Under the pieces are notes generated by a model, which was given only the letters and a program-made list of their open reading frames with translations, did no database searches and was not told the origin of the DNA. From Sandaracinaceae bacterium (GTDB taxonomy: Bacteria > Myxococcota_A > Polyangia > Polyangiales > Sandaracinaceae), in contig JBGAQA010000009.1 in assembly GCA_044220955.1 (NCBI GenBank), positions 1 to 39,567 of the forward strand: 39,567 nucleotides of DNA. Reading direction: 5' to 3'. Below are positions 17,739-29,257 of this stretch, one piece after another. Each line of letters opens with the position of its first letter. The stretch's first letter is position 1. The position numbers were made by a program, and so were the translations under genes.

Positions 17739-18443
17739 TCAGTGCTCGCCGATGGCCACGGGTAGGCCGGCCGCGCGCCACTCGGGTACGCCGTCGGCGA
17801 GGTACCGCACGCGCAGCCCGCGCTCGCCGAGCTCTCGCGCCGCGTCCACGGCGTACACGCAGTACGGGCCGCGACAGTAGGCGACGATCTGCTTCTTCCG
17901 TGGCGCCGTGTCGGCCCACGTCGCGATCCGATCGGAGGGAACGCTGAGCGCGCCGCGAATGTGACCTTGCGCGAATTCCTCGCCGGGCCGGACGTCGATG
18001 AGCACGACCGATCCCTCCCTCAGCCGGCGCGAGAGCTCCGCGCGATCGATCGCCTCGAGCTCGTGCCTGCCGTCGAGGTACGCACGCGCGACCGAGTCGA
18101 CCTCGGCGAGCTGCGACTCGGCGGCGGCGCGCAGCGAGTGGTAGAGCGCGACGACGCTCGGGTCGGCCACCCGATACACCACGCGTTGGCCGTCACGTCG
18201 CGTCTCGACCAGCCGCGCGGCCGCGAGGGCGCGGAGGTGCTGCGATGCGCTCGCGACCTCGAGCGATGCTTGCTTGGCGAGCGCGTCGACCGAGCGCTCA
18301 CCCTGGCTGAGCAGGTCGAGGAGCTCGAGCCGCGTCGGTGACGCCAGCGCCTTCCCGATGCGGGCGAACTGCTCGTAGATCCGTCGCTTCTTCTCGTGAC
18401 GCGTCTGGTTCGATCCGTTCTTCGACGTGGAGCGTACTGACAT
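17739..18443 (-). CDS. ArsR/SmtB-family regulator fused to a rhodanese domain
   Basis: KALASPTRLELLDLL...SQHLRAL...G.RVVY (ArsR), then IDVRPGEEFAQGHIRGA...YCRGPYC...LADGVPEW (rhodanese). Confidence 0.93.
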   Translation of the reverse strand: MSVRSTSKNGSNQTRHEKKRRIYEQFARIGKALASPTRLELLDLLSQGERSVDALAKQASLEVASASQHLRALAAARLVETRRDGQRVVYRVADPSVVALYHSLRAAAESQLAEVDSVARAYLDGRHELEAIDRAELSRRLREGSVVLIDVRPGEEFAQGHIRGALSVPSDRIATWADTAPRKKQIVAYCRGPYCVYAVDAARELGERGLRVRYLADGVPEWRAAGLPVAIGEH

Positions 18444-18485
18444 TCAATTGAGTTGTTGAGTAACGGAATACACGCGCGACGTCAA
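18442..18485. promoter_or_regulatory. Divergent promoter/operator of the sulfur cluster
   Basis: AT-rich imperfect inverted repeat ATTCAA-N8-TTGAGT (18442-18461). Minus-strand TTGACG-N17-TACTCA points at the arsR gene. Confidence 0.5.
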
Positions 18486-18496
18486 GGAGGGCAGCG

Positions 18497-18961
18497 ATGA
18501 CGAACGGACCTTGGTGGATGGTCGGCCCCGCGATCGGGCTCCTGGTCGTCCTGATGCTCTGGACGCTGAACAAGCCGCTCGGCGCGCTGGGTGGGTGGGT
18601 CGATCTCGAGGCCTGGCTCCGAGGCCCCTCGCGCGCGGTGACCTGGCGTCTGTGGTTCTTGTTGGGGGTGATGGCGGGCGGGCTCGCGTACGCCGTGACG
18701 ACCGGGGGCTTCGCGCCGGGCGTCGCCAACGCGCCGCTCGCCGCGCGGCTCGGGGGTGGAGCTCTGGCCGTCGTGCTCACCTCGCTCCTGGCGGGCGCCG
18801 CGATCGGATTCGGCGCGCGCGTCGCGAGCGGATGCACGTCGGGACACGGGATCTCGGGAACGGCGCTCGGCTCGCCGGCGAGCATCGTCTCGTGCGCCAC
18901 CTTCATGGGCGTCGCGGTGGCGACCGCACACGCCATCCTATGGCTCTCGGGGGGTGCGTGA
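18497..18961 (+). CDS. YeeE/YedE-family sulfur-compound membrane transporter subunit (PmpA-like)
   Basis: AAGGAGG SD, hydrophobic helices and the GFGARVASGCTSGHGISG signature. Confidence 0.88.
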   Translation: MTNGPWWMVGPAIGLLVVLMLWTLNKPLGALGGWVDLEAWLRGPSRAVTWRLWFLLGVMAGGLAYAVTTGGFAPGVANAPLAARLGGGALAVVLTSLLAGAAIGFGARVASGCTSGHGISGTALGSPASIVSCATFMGVAVATAHAILWLSGGA

Positions 18962-19416
18962 TGCGTACGGCCCTCGTCGGGCTCCCGTTCGGCCTCGCGT
19001 TCGGCGCGCTGCTCTCGTGGGCGGGCCTGTCCGACCCCACCGTCGTCGAGGACATGCTGCTCCTCCGCTCGTTCGACGTGTTCATGGTGATGGGATCGGC
19101 CATGGTCGTCGCCGCGTTCGGCGCGCGTGCTCTGCGGCGCGCGGGCGCGCGGGCCCTCATCGATGGGACCCCGATCGGATGGACCCCCACGGCGGCCACC
19201 GGGTCACACGTCGTCGGGAGCGCCATCTTCGGGGTCGGCTGGGCCGTGGCGCTCACGTGTCCCGGCCCCATCGCCGCGCAGGTCGGTGCGGGCAACGTCG
19301 CGGGGATCGCCACGGGCGCCGGCGTCCTCGCGGGGGTGGCGCTCGCCGGCCTTTGGAGGGAGCGCGCCGGCGCGTCGCGGCAGTCGGTCGCGCTCGGATC
19401 CTCGGTCGGCCTCTGA
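18961..19416 (+). CDS. YeeE/YedE-family membrane protein (PmpB-like, 151 aa)
   Basis: ATG overlaps the previous TGA. GLAFGALL..GLSDP..V..ML and GSAIFGVGWAVALTCPGP. Confidence 0.88.
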   Translation: MRTALVGLPFGLAFGALLSWAGLSDPTVVEDMLLLRSFDVFMVMGSAMVVAAFGARALRRAGARALIDGTPIGWTPTAATGSHVVGSAIFGVGWAVALTCPGPIAAQVGAGNVAGIATGAGVLAGVALAGLWRERAGASRQSVALGSSVGL

Positions 19417-19440
19417 CCGAGGAACGGCCGGCGCGGCGGC

Positions 19441-20361
19441 TCAGCGTCCTCGACCGAGCATCGACTTCTTGCGCGGCCCGTGCCTCGGCGTCTCGTAGCC
19501 TGCGGCGAAGAGGAGCCGGATGGCGCGGCCCCGGTGTGGACGGAACCGCTCGAGCAGCGCGAGCATCTCGGCGTCGTTCGAGCGCGGCTTGCCGGTGAGC
19601 GCGTGCACGACGGTGTGCGGCATCCAGTAGTCGAGCGTCGGGACGGCGTCCGCGTCGCCGCGCGCCTGACCGAGGAAGGTCTCGATCGTCCAGGGGCCGA
19701 TCCCCGGGATGCGCTGGAGCACCCTCCGGATCTCGTCGAAGGGGCGCTCGAGGCATGCCGTGATCTCGCGCTCGTGATCGAAGAGCGCGCGGATCGCGAG
19801 CTCGCGCTTGCGGTCCACGAGCGACTCGCGATACGCCCACGTCGGCATCGCGAGCAGCGTCTGCTTGCTCGGGAACAGGCGCAGCCCGAGCGGCCCGGGG
19901 GCGTCCTCTCCGCGCTCGAGCGCGATCTTGCGCCACGCCTGCGCCGCTTCCACGAACGCCACGCGCTGCTGCAGCGTGATCATCACGAGCGCTTCCCAGG
20001 TCCAGGGCACGCGCGGCGTCCGCATCTTGCGAAATCGACGCGCGAGGCGCCCCATCCCCTCGTGGTCGGTGACGAACGCGTCCGGATCGTCGAGCGCGCC
20101 GCAGATCGCGGGCACCTCGTCGAGCGCGCGGGCGCCACCCGGGCCCCACGCCTCGGCCTCGATCGTCGTCGGCCCGCCCTGCGCGAGGAGCAGCGTGGCG
20201 GGCCCCTCGGGCATCCGGAACGCGAGCGCGAAGCGCCGCCCGCGGGCGTCGAAGAGCCCGCACGGATCGAAGGGCCCCATGCGCTGGAAGCGCAGCGTCT
20301 CGACGAGATCGACCGGCGGAACCTCGAAGGATCTGCGCTCGCCGTCCACCACCGCGCGCAT
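19441..20361 (-). CDS. DNA-3-methyladenine glycosylase II-like protein (AlkA / HhH-GPD family, 306 aa)
   Basis: WEALVMITLQQRV, LFPS, HhH motif LQRIPGIGPWT and DAVPTLD. Real start ATG 20361; the rest of the 1040-aa ORF is antisense to fadI/fadJ. Confidence 0.85.
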   Translation of the reverse strand: MRAVVDGERRSFEVPPVDLVETLRFQRMGPFDPCGLFDARGRRFALAFRMPEGPATLLLAQGGPTTIEAEAWGPGGARALDEVPAICGALDDPDAFVTDHEGMGRLARRFRKMRTPRVPWTWEALVMITLQQRVAFVEAAQAWRKIALERGEDAPGPLGLRLFPSKQTLLAMPTWAYRESLVDRKRELAIRALFDHEREITACLERPFDEIRRVLQRIPGIGPWTIETFLGQARGDADAVPTLDYWMPHTVVHALTGKPRSNDAEMLALLERFRPHRGRAIRLLFAAGYETPRHGPRKKSMLGRGR

Positions 20362-20386
20362 CCTAGTATCGCGACCCCGCGGCGCC

Positions 20387-20415
20387 TTGACACGTCGCGT
20401 CAGGCCCCCTACCAC
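20387..20415 (+). promoter_or_regulatory. Possible sigma70-type promoter for fadIJ
   Basis: TTGACA (20387-20392), 17-nt spacer, weak -10 TACCAC. Confidence 0.3.
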
Positions 20416-20460
20416 TCGGTCATGCGTTCCCCTACCACCTGGTAGGGATGGAGACCGAAC

Positions 20461-21756
20461 ATGGCGGAAAAAGGGAAGCGTGTCGCGATCGTCGCGGGGC
20501 TGCGGACGCCCTTCGCGAAGCAGTCCACGGCGTACAAGAAGCTGACGGCGCTCGATCTCGGGACCGCGGTCGTCGGCGAGCTGCTCGCGCGCACGGGCGT
20601 GGCGGCGACGGACGTCCAGCAGGTCGTCTACGGCCAGGTGCTCCCCTCGCTGTCTGCGCCGAACATCGCGCGCGAGATCGTCCTCGCGACCGGGATGCCG
20701 CGCAGCATCGAGGCCTTCAGCGTCAGCCGCGCGTGCGCGACGAGCTACCAGTCGACCGTCAGCGTCGCCGAGGCGATCCTCGCGGGCACGATCGACACCG
20801 GCATCGCGGGCGGAGCCGACTCGACGAGCGACGTGCCGATCGCGGTGAGCAAGAAGCTCGCGGCGGCGCTGCTCGACGCGAGCAAAGCCAAGACGCTCGC
20901 GCAGAAGCTCTCGGTGTTCGCGACGCTCTCGCCCAAGGACCTCATCCCGGTGCCGCCAGGGCTCGTCGAGTTCTCGACCGGCCTCTCGATGGGTGAGAGC
21001 GCCGAGAAGATGGCCAAGGAGAACCACATCGGTCGCCTCGACCAGGATCGCATCGCGCACGAGAGCCACGTGAAGGCGGCAGCCGCGTGGACCGACGGAC
21101 GCTTCGCGGACGAGGTCATGACCGTCTTCGTGCCCGGCAAGGGCGGCCTCGAGCCCTTCGGCGAGGACAACAACGTCCGCAAGGACAGCGACCTCGCGAG
21201 CTACGCCAAGCTCAAGCCGGTCTTCGACCGCAAGCACGGCACGATCACGGCCGCGAACGCCTCGCCGCTCACCGACGGCGCGAGCGCGCTCCTCGTGATG
21301 CGCGAGGACGTCGCGAAGGCGCGTGGGCTGACGCCCCTCGGCTTCTTGCGGAGCTACGCGTTCGCCGCCGTCGATCCGCGCGGGCAGATGCTGATGGGCC
21401 CGAGCTATGCGACGCCGCTGGCGCTCGACCGCGCGGGCGTGAGGCTCGCCGACCTCGACCTCATCGACATGCACGAGGCCTTCGCCGGGCAGGTGCTCAG
21501 CAACACGCAGGCGTGGGAGAGCGACGCGTTCGCCAGGGACAAGCTCGGCCGCGGCGAGAAGCTCGGCACGATCGACTGGTCGAAGTTCAACGTGACGGGC
21601 GGCTCGATCGCGATCGGCCACCCCTTCGCGGCGACGGGCGCGCGGCAGATCACGCAGACGCTGCGCGAGCTGAACCGGCGCAAGGGCGGGCTCGCGCTCG
21701 TCACGGCGTGCGCGGCCGGCGGTATCGGCGCGGCGATGATCCTCGAGTCGAACTGA
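20461..21756 (+). CDS. fadI: Acetyl-CoA C-acyltransferase (3-ketoacyl-CoA thiolase) FadI
   Basis: [43 protein letters not shown] and TACAAGG. Confidence 0.95.
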   Translation: MAEKGKRVAIVAGLRTPFAKQSTAYKKLTALDLGTAVVGELLARTGVAATDVQQVVYGQVLPSLSAPNIAREIVLATGMPRSIEAFSVSRACATSYQSTVSVAEAILAGTIDTGIAGGADSTSDVPIAVSKKLAAALLDASKAKTLAQKLSVFATLSPKDLIPVPPGLVEFSTGLSMGESAEKMAKENHIGRLDQDRIAHESHVKAAAAWTDGRFADEVMTVFVPGKGGLEPFGEDNNVRKDSDLASYAKLKPVFDRKHGTITAANASPLTDGASALLVMREDVAKARGLTPLGFLRSYAFAAVDPRGQMLMGPSYATPLALDRAGVRLADLDLIDMHEAFAGQVLSNTQAWESDAFARDKLGRGEKLGTIDWSKFNVTGGSIAIGHPFAATGARQITQTLRELNRRKGGLALVTACAAGGIGAAMILESN

Positions 21757-21769
21757 AACGGAGGCGGAC

Positions 21770-24019
<2,250 letters not shown>

Positions 24020-24044
24020 CCGGGGCGCGTGGTACGCTGATCGC

Positions 24045-24626
24045 GTGAGCACGGCGCATCGGCTCGCGACACGCGAGGATCTCTTCGCTCGTCACGACGA
24101 CGCACGGGTCGAGGTGATCGGCGGCGCCGTCGTGGAGAAGGCGGCGCCGAGCTACGACCACTCGGACGCGCAGGCGGGCGCGACCTCGTTCCTGCGCTCA
24201 CGGTTTCATCGCGGCGGAGGCGGTAGCGGGGGCGCGCCTGGGGGCTGGTGGATCGTCACGGAGTGCGAGATCGAGCTCGCCGCGCACGAGATCTACCGCC
24301 CCGACCTCGTCGGCTGGCGCCGCGACCGCGTGCCACAGCGACCGGAGGGCCGCTGCATCGCGATCCGGCCCGACTGGGTGTGCGAGATCCTCTCGGCGTC
24401 GAACGCGCGCACGGACCTGGTGGACAAGCTCCGCGTCTACCAGCGCGCGCAGGTGCCTCACTATTGGATCATCGATCCCGCGGAGCGCGTGCTCACGGTG
24501 TACCGGAACACCGGCAAGACGTTCGAGGTGGCGCTCACCGCGACGCGCGGCGAGACCGTGAACGCGGAGCCCTTCGAGCAGGTGCCGTTCCCGGTCGGCA
24601 TCCTGTTCGGCGACGACGCCGCTTAG
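24045..24626 (+). CDS. Uma2 (DUF820) family PD-(D/E)xK nuclease-like protein
   Basis: EVIGG, RPDLVGW, PDWVCEILSAS, DK..VY and HYWIIDP. Confidence 0.9.
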   Translation: MSTAHRLATREDLFARHDDARVEVIGGAVVEKAAPSYDHSDAQAGATSFLRSRFHRGGGGSGGAPGGWWIVTECEIELAAHEIYRPDLVGWRRDRVPQRPEGRCIAIRPDWVCEILSASNARTDLVDKLRVYQRAQVPHYWIIDPAERVLTVYRNTGKTFEVALTATRGETVNAEPFEQVPFPVGILFGDDAA

Positions 24627-24630
24627 CGAG

Positions 24631-25194
24631 TCAGGGCGCGAGCGAGGCGCACGCGCGCGCTTCGCCGAGCGCGCAGCCGCGCTCGAGCAGCGCGACGACG
24701 AGAGCATCCTCGTCCTCGCGCGGCTCGAGCAGGTCCATCGTGTCGACGGCCGAGAGACAGGCCGAGCCCGACCCGGCCGCGCACGATCGGGAGTAGCCGT
24801 CGTATGCGCGCTGGAAGAGGACGAGCGCGAGCGGGGGATCGGCGGGCACGCCGTTGCCGCGCAGCACGAGCCAGCCGAGGTTGGTGCAGCTCGGCGGATA
24901 GTCGCCCGCGCAGCCGCGCTGGTAGACGAGCGCGGCGGCGTGCGGGCGTGCGCCTCCGTGCGTGCCGAGCTCGAGCTGCACGCCGAGCAGGTTGCACGTC
25001 GCGGCGTCGCCCGACTCGCAGCGCTCGCGGCACGCACGGACGTCGGCCGCGCACGCGTCGGCGCGCTCCTGGCCCTCGGTGCGCTCCACGGCGAAGTGCG
25101 ATCGGCGGTGCACGGTGCAGCCAACGCTCCCCGCGATCAGCGCGAGCGCGAGACCGAACGCTCTCCACCCCGAAGAGATCCCGTGCAGAGCCAT
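24631..25194 (-). CDS. Sel1-like repeat, Cys-paired lipoprotein (187 aa)
   Basis: Lipobox-like SVG-C. Repeats CESGDAATCNLLG, GCAGDYPPSCTNLG...GNGV..D, SCAAGSGSAC and GCALGEARAC. Start ATG 25194. Confidence 0.8.
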   Translation of the reverse strand: MALHGISSGWRAFGLALALIAGSVGCTVHRRSHFAVERTEGQERADACAADVRACRERCESGDAATCNLLGVQLELGTHGGARPHAAALVYQRGCAGDYPPSCTNLGWLVLRGNGVPADPPLALVLFQRAYDGYSRSCAAGSGSACLSAVDTMDLLEPREDEDALVVALLERGCALGEARACASLAP

Positions 25195-25347
25195 GGCTGC
25201 ACCTCGTGCTTCGAGCGTACACCCGTGCGCCGAGCCCGGTGCTACCCGATCGACGGGTGCGGCGAGCTCGGAGCGGCCCGCTCGACGCGGCCGCGACGCG
25301 AACGATCTCCCGTGAAGCGCACGGCCAGCTGACGTACAAAGACGCTC

Positions 25348-26391
25348 GTGAGCGTACGAGACGAGGGCTTCCATCAGCCGGCCGAGTGGGCGGCGCACGA
25401 CGCGGTGTGGCTCGCGTGGCCGAGCCACACCGACCTCTGGGGCGAGGACGCGCTGATCGACGCGCAGGCCGAGGTCGTCGGGCTCGCCGAGGCGATCGCC
25501 GATCCGGACGACGAGGGCAGGCCGCGAGGCGAGCGGCTCGAGGTGCTCGTGCGCACGGACGCCGACGAGCGGCTCGCACGCTGGAAGCTCGGCGCGCTCG
25601 GCGCGACGACGCACCGCGCGCTCTACGGCGACATCTGGCTGCGCGACACGCTGCCGATCTTCCTGACGCACCGCACGAAGAGCGCGCGCGCTGCGGCGCG
25701 CTTCACGTTCAACGGCTGGGGCGGCAAGTACGCGCTGCCGGGCGACGCGGAGCTCTCGGCCGGGGTCGCGAAGCTCTCGGGGCAGCGCACGTTCGAGCAC
25801 GCGCTCGTCCTCGAGGGCGGCTCGGTCGAGCCCGACGGCGAGGGCACGATCCTCACGAGCGAGGAGTGCCTGCTCAACCCGAACCGCAACCCGGGCATGT
25901 CGCGCGCCGAGATCGAGAAGGCGCTCTGTGACGCGCTCGGCGCCGAGCGCGTGCTCTGGGTGACCAAGGGCTTGCTGAACGACCACACCGACGGACACAT
26001 CGACACGATCGCGCGCTTCGTCGCGCCGGGCCGCGTGGTCTGCATGGCGCCGAGCGGCGCCGACGATCCGAACCGCGCGGTGCTCGACGCGATCGCGAAG
26101 GAGCTCGCCGCGATGACCGATGCGCACGGCCGGCGCCTCGAGGTGGTGCGCGTCCCTTCTCCTGGCCGTGTGCAGGGCGAGGACGGCGAGGTCATGCCCG
26201 CGAGCCACGTCAACTTCTACATCGGCAACCGCAGCGTGGTCGTCCCCACGTACGGCACGCCCTTCGACGCCCCGGCGGTCGCGGCGATCACGCCGCTCTT
26301 CCCGGGCCGGCGCGTGGTCGGCGCGAGCGCGCGCACGATCCTCGAGGGCGGTGGCGCGTTCCACTGCATCACGCAGCAGGTGCCCCGCTGA
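25348..26391 (+). CDS. aguA: Agmatine deiminase / peptidylarginine deiminase family
   Basis: PAEW, WLAWP, DIWLRD, FNGWGGKY, LEGGS, DHTDGHID and GGGAFHCITQQ. Confidence 0.93.
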   Translation: MSVRDEGFHQPAEWAAHDAVWLAWPSHTDLWGEDALIDAQAEVVGLAEAIADPDDEGRPRGERLEVLVRTDADERLARWKLGALGATTHRALYGDIWLRDTLPIFLTHRTKSARAAARFTFNGWGGKYALPGDAELSAGVAKLSGQRTFEHALVLEGGSVEPDGEGTILTSEECLLNPNRNPGMSRAEIEKALCDALGAERVLWVTKGLLNDHTDGHIDTIARFVAPGRVVCMAPSGADDPNRAVLDAIAKELAAMTDAHGRRLEVVRVPSPGRVQGEDGEVMPASHVNFYIGNRSVVVPTYGTPFDAPAVAAITPLFPGRRVVGASARTILEGGGAFHCITQQVPR

Positions 26392-26894
26392 TGGCGAAGC
26401 GCCCCGCGGCGCTCCCGGACAAGGCGAGGGTGCGAGAGGCGCTGCTCGCCGAGATGCGCGCGGCGCTCGCGGCGATGGCGAGGTCCGCGAGGGACGCCGC
26501 CGAGGGCGCGACGCACGAGGAGAGCCGCTCCGAGGGCGACAAGGACATGCGCGCGACGGAGGAGAGCTACGTCGCGCGTGGCAAGGCGATGCGCACCGAG
26601 GAGCTCGCCGACGAGCTCGCCCGCGCGGAGGCGAGCGCGTGGCGCGGCTACTCGGACGGCGACGCGATCGGCCCGGCCGCGCTCGTGCGCGTGCTGGTCG
26701 ACGACGCGCCGCGCACGTTCCTGCTCGCCGCGTACGGCGGCGGACGCACGCTCTGGGTCGACGGGCACGAGATCCTCGTCATCACTCTGGCCTCGCCCGT
26801 CGGCCGCGCGCTCGTCGGCAAGCGCGTCGGCGACGACTTCGAGCTCGCCGTGAAGGGCGCGATGCGCGAGTGGGTGATCGAAGCGATCGCGTGA
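26391..26894 (+). CDS. GreA/GreB-family elongation factor-like protein
   Basis: Coiled-coil N-terminus with HEESRSEGDKD, and C-terminal VITLASPVGRALVGKRVGDDF. Translationally coupled to aguA. Confidence 0.8.
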   Translation: MAKRPAALPDKARVREALLAEMRAALAAMARSARDAAEGATHEESRSEGDKDMRATEESYVARGKAMRTEELADELARAEASAWRGYSDGDAIGPAALVRVLVDDAPRTFLLAAYGGGRTLWVDGHEILVITLASPVGRALVGKRVGDDFELAVKGAMREWVIEAIA

Positions 26895-26946
26895 GCCCGC
26901 TCGCGAATCGCGCACCTACCCGCCAGATCGACGTGAGATCGAGGGG

Positions 26947-27825
26947 TTACGTGGGTGTGGAGTGACCCCGCCGGCGGATGAGGCCTTCTTGGGCGGTCGA
27001 GGCGACGAGCCTTCCGTCGCGCGTGTAGACCTTGCCGCGCACCAGGCCGCGTGCGCCGTGCGCCTTCGGGCTCTCGATCGCGTAGAGCAGCCACTCGTCG
27101 GCGCGGAAGGGCTCGTGGAACCACATCACGTGGTCGAGCGAGGCGACCTGCATCCCGGGAGTGTGCCAGCCGACGGCGTGCGGCAGGAGCGACGTCGTGA
27201 TGAACGCGTGGTCGGACGCGTAGGCGAGCAGCGCGCGGTGGACGCCCGGAGGGTCGGGGAGCGACCCGGCGGCGCGCAGCCACACCTGGCGCGAGGGCGG
27301 CATCGGGCCCGCGAGCACGATGTCGCTGGAGTCGTCGACCGGGCGGACCTCGAAGGGACGCTCGGCGAGCGCCCGCTCGCGGAAGACCTTCGGCAGCCGC
27401 TCGCCGAGCGCGCGCAGCCGCTCCTGATCGGTGCGCAGCGACTCGGGCGCGGGCACGTCCGGCATCGCGTCCTGGTGCTCGAAGCCCGGCTCGTCGATCT
27501 GGAACGAGGCCGCCATGTTGAAGATCGGCTCGCCGGACTGGATGGCGACGACGCGCCGCGTGGTGAACGAGCCCCCGTCGCGGATGCGGTCGACGTCGTA
27601 GACGATGGGCTTGTTCGCGTCGCCCGGCCGCAGGAAGTACGCGTGCATCGAGTGCACGTGACGCGTCCCCTCGACCGTCTGCGTCGCGGCGCTCAGCGCC
27701 TGCCCGAGCACCTGCCCGCCGAACACCGTGCCCCAGCCGAGGTTCTGGCTCTGGCCGCGGAACAGGTTCTCCTCGATCGGCTCGAGCGCGAGCAGCTCGA
27801 CCAGCTGATCCAGCACCGTGCTCAT
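26947..27825 (-). CDS. tesB: Acyl-CoA thioesterase II (292 aa)
   Basis: VFGGQVLGQAL, HSMHAYFLRPGD, RDGGSFTTRRV, LAYASD, ASLDHVMWFH and QEGLIR. Start ATG 27825. Confidence 0.95.
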   Translation of the reverse strand: MSTVLDQLVELLALEPIEENLFRGQSQNLGWGTVFGGQVLGQALSAATQTVEGTRHVHSMHAYFLRPGDANKPIVYDVDRIRDGGSFTTRRVVAIQSGEPIFNMAASFQIDEPGFEHQDAMPDVPAPESLRTDQERLRALGERLPKVFRERALAERPFEVRPVDDSSDIVLAGPMPPSRQVWLRAAGSLPDPPGVHRALLAYASDHAFITTSLLPHAVGWHTPGMQVASLDHVMWFHEPFRADEWLLYAIESPKAHGARGLVRGKVYTRDGRLVASTAQEGLIRRRGHSTPT

Positions 27826-28553
27826 CGCGGCGCCGCTCCTTCGTCGGCTTCCTGGGCGCGCTGGATGTCCTCGGGTGACGATGCCGGGAATTGCTCGAGC
27901 GCGTCCGGGTCCATCGGGTGGCAGTGCGCGCGCTGCAGCGAGCGCGTCATCTGCTCGTTGGTCGTGACGTAGAGCGTGAGCGAGATGCGGCTCCCGTAGA
28001 GCAGCACGATGTCGGCGAGGCCGACGTGCGCGTGGCGCCAGGTGAAGCGTCGAGTCGCGATGCCGCCCTCGTCCCTGCAGTCCCAGATGCCGGAGGGGCT
28101 CCCGTAGCGGTCGTGCATCGCGGCGAGGTGCGGCGCGAGACCCTCGACGTCGTCGATCATCGAGAGCACCTGCACGCGATCGAGTCGGCCGGAGTCCTCG
28201 TCGAACGCGTACATGACCTGAGCTCCGTTCGGGAGGTCCTCCTGGTAGAGGACGAACCCGGGGTCCGTGCGCGAGGTCGACGGGAGCACCGCGCCGGACG
28301 GCCGCGCCGCGCGGACGGCATCGACGTCGCTGCCCAGCTCGACACCGGGCAGCGCGCCCGCGAGCAGCAGCGCCGACTCGGACCGCATCTGCTCGGTCTC
28401 GTGCGCCCGCCGCTCCTCGCGCTCTCGATCCTGCGTGGCGCGCTGCGCTGCGTCCTGCGCCTCGCGCTGGTGCCCGAGCCACGACCAGGCGCCCAGGAGC
28501 GCGAGCGCGATCCCGAGCACGACGGCGATCGGTCCCCACGTCTCGCGGCTCAC
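27822..28553 (-). CDS. Hypothetical protein with N-terminal membrane anchor and coiled coil (243 aa)
   Basis: GTG 28553 with 4-nt overlaps at both ends. TM segment IAVVLGIALALLGAWSWL. Confidence 0.75.
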   Translation of the reverse strand: MSRETWGPIAVVLGIALALLGAWSWLGHQREAQDAAQRATQDREREERRAHETEQMRSESALLLAGALPGVELGSDVDAVRAARPSGAVLPSTSRTDPGFVLYQEDLPNGAQVMYAFDEDSGRLDRVQVLSMIDDVEGLAPHLAAMHDRYGSPSGIWDCRDEGGIATRRFTWRHAHVGLADIVLLYGSRISLTLYVTTNEQMTRSLQRAHCHPMDPDALEQFPASSPEDIQRAQEADEGAAPR

Positions 28554-29257
28554 GGCGGGGCGGCTCCCGCGTCGGCGGGGGAGGTCTCGACGTCGTCCAC
28601 GGGCCGGGGCGCCGACTCGGCACGATCCGTCGCGTCGTCGCAGTAGCGGGCCCACGCGTCGAGCGAGGGGTCGGCCGCGCCGGCGGCCGTCGATGCGCAG
28701 GCACCGAGCGCGTCGAGGGCGCGTCGATAGAGCGGCGCAGCTGCCTCGAGCAGCGCCTCGCGCACGAGCACCCGCTGCGACGCGCTGTCCCGGATCACGC
28801 GCGGCAGAGGTGTCTCTTGCACCTCGAGCGCGAGCATCGAGAAGAGCGTGCCGACGAGCGCCGACGCGAGCACGTACTCGTCGGGCTCCCCGTGCTCCAT
28901 CGCGCCGAGTGCGACCCGTGCCGCGCCGATCGCTCTCGCGCGCGTCACGAGCCAGGCCTGGAAGTCTTCGCGCATGTACCGGGCCGTCTCCTGCACCGTC
29001 GCGTCGTCGGCGAGCACCGGGCGCGAGGGGACGGTCGCTTCCTCCGAGCGCGCGAGCGCCGTCGCGACGACCTCGTCGCTCGCGTGGACCGACACGGGCA
29101 GGGGCGGAAGCGTACGCGATCCGAGCATCAACGGCGCAGCGTCCTGGTCGTCCTCGCTCGGCTCGCCGACGAGGCGGTGCGCAGCGGGCGGCGTGCTGCT
29201 TCCACACCCGTGCGCCGCGAGCGCGAGCGCGAGCGCCGTCGGGATCACGGTCCTCAC
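28550..29257 (-). CDS. Hypothetical helical lipoprotein (235 aa)
   Basis: LALALAAHG-C lipobox-like signal and 4-nt overlaps with both neighbours. Confidence 0.75.
   Translation of the reverse strand: MRTVIPTALALALAAHGCGSSTPPAAHRLVGEPSEDDQDAAPLMLGSRTLPPLPVSVHASDEVVATALARSEEATVPSRPVLADDATVQETARYMREDFQAWLVTRARAIGAARVALGAMEHGEPDEYVLASALVGTLFSMLALEVQETPLPRVIRDSASQRVLVREALLEAAAPLYRRALDALGACASTAAGAADPSLDAWARYCDDATDRAESAPRPVDDVETSPADAGAAPP

Noticed and set aside
11859..19440. Sulfur cluster as a mobile element
   Set aside because: No integrase, transposase, tRNA or flanking direct repeat was seen, and composition looks similar to the neighbouring core genes.
24045..24626. Uma2 gene as part of a restriction or anti-phage system
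   Set aside because: It is solitary, with no methyltransferase or other defence gene nearby. Such genes are commonly scattered in myxobacterial genomes.
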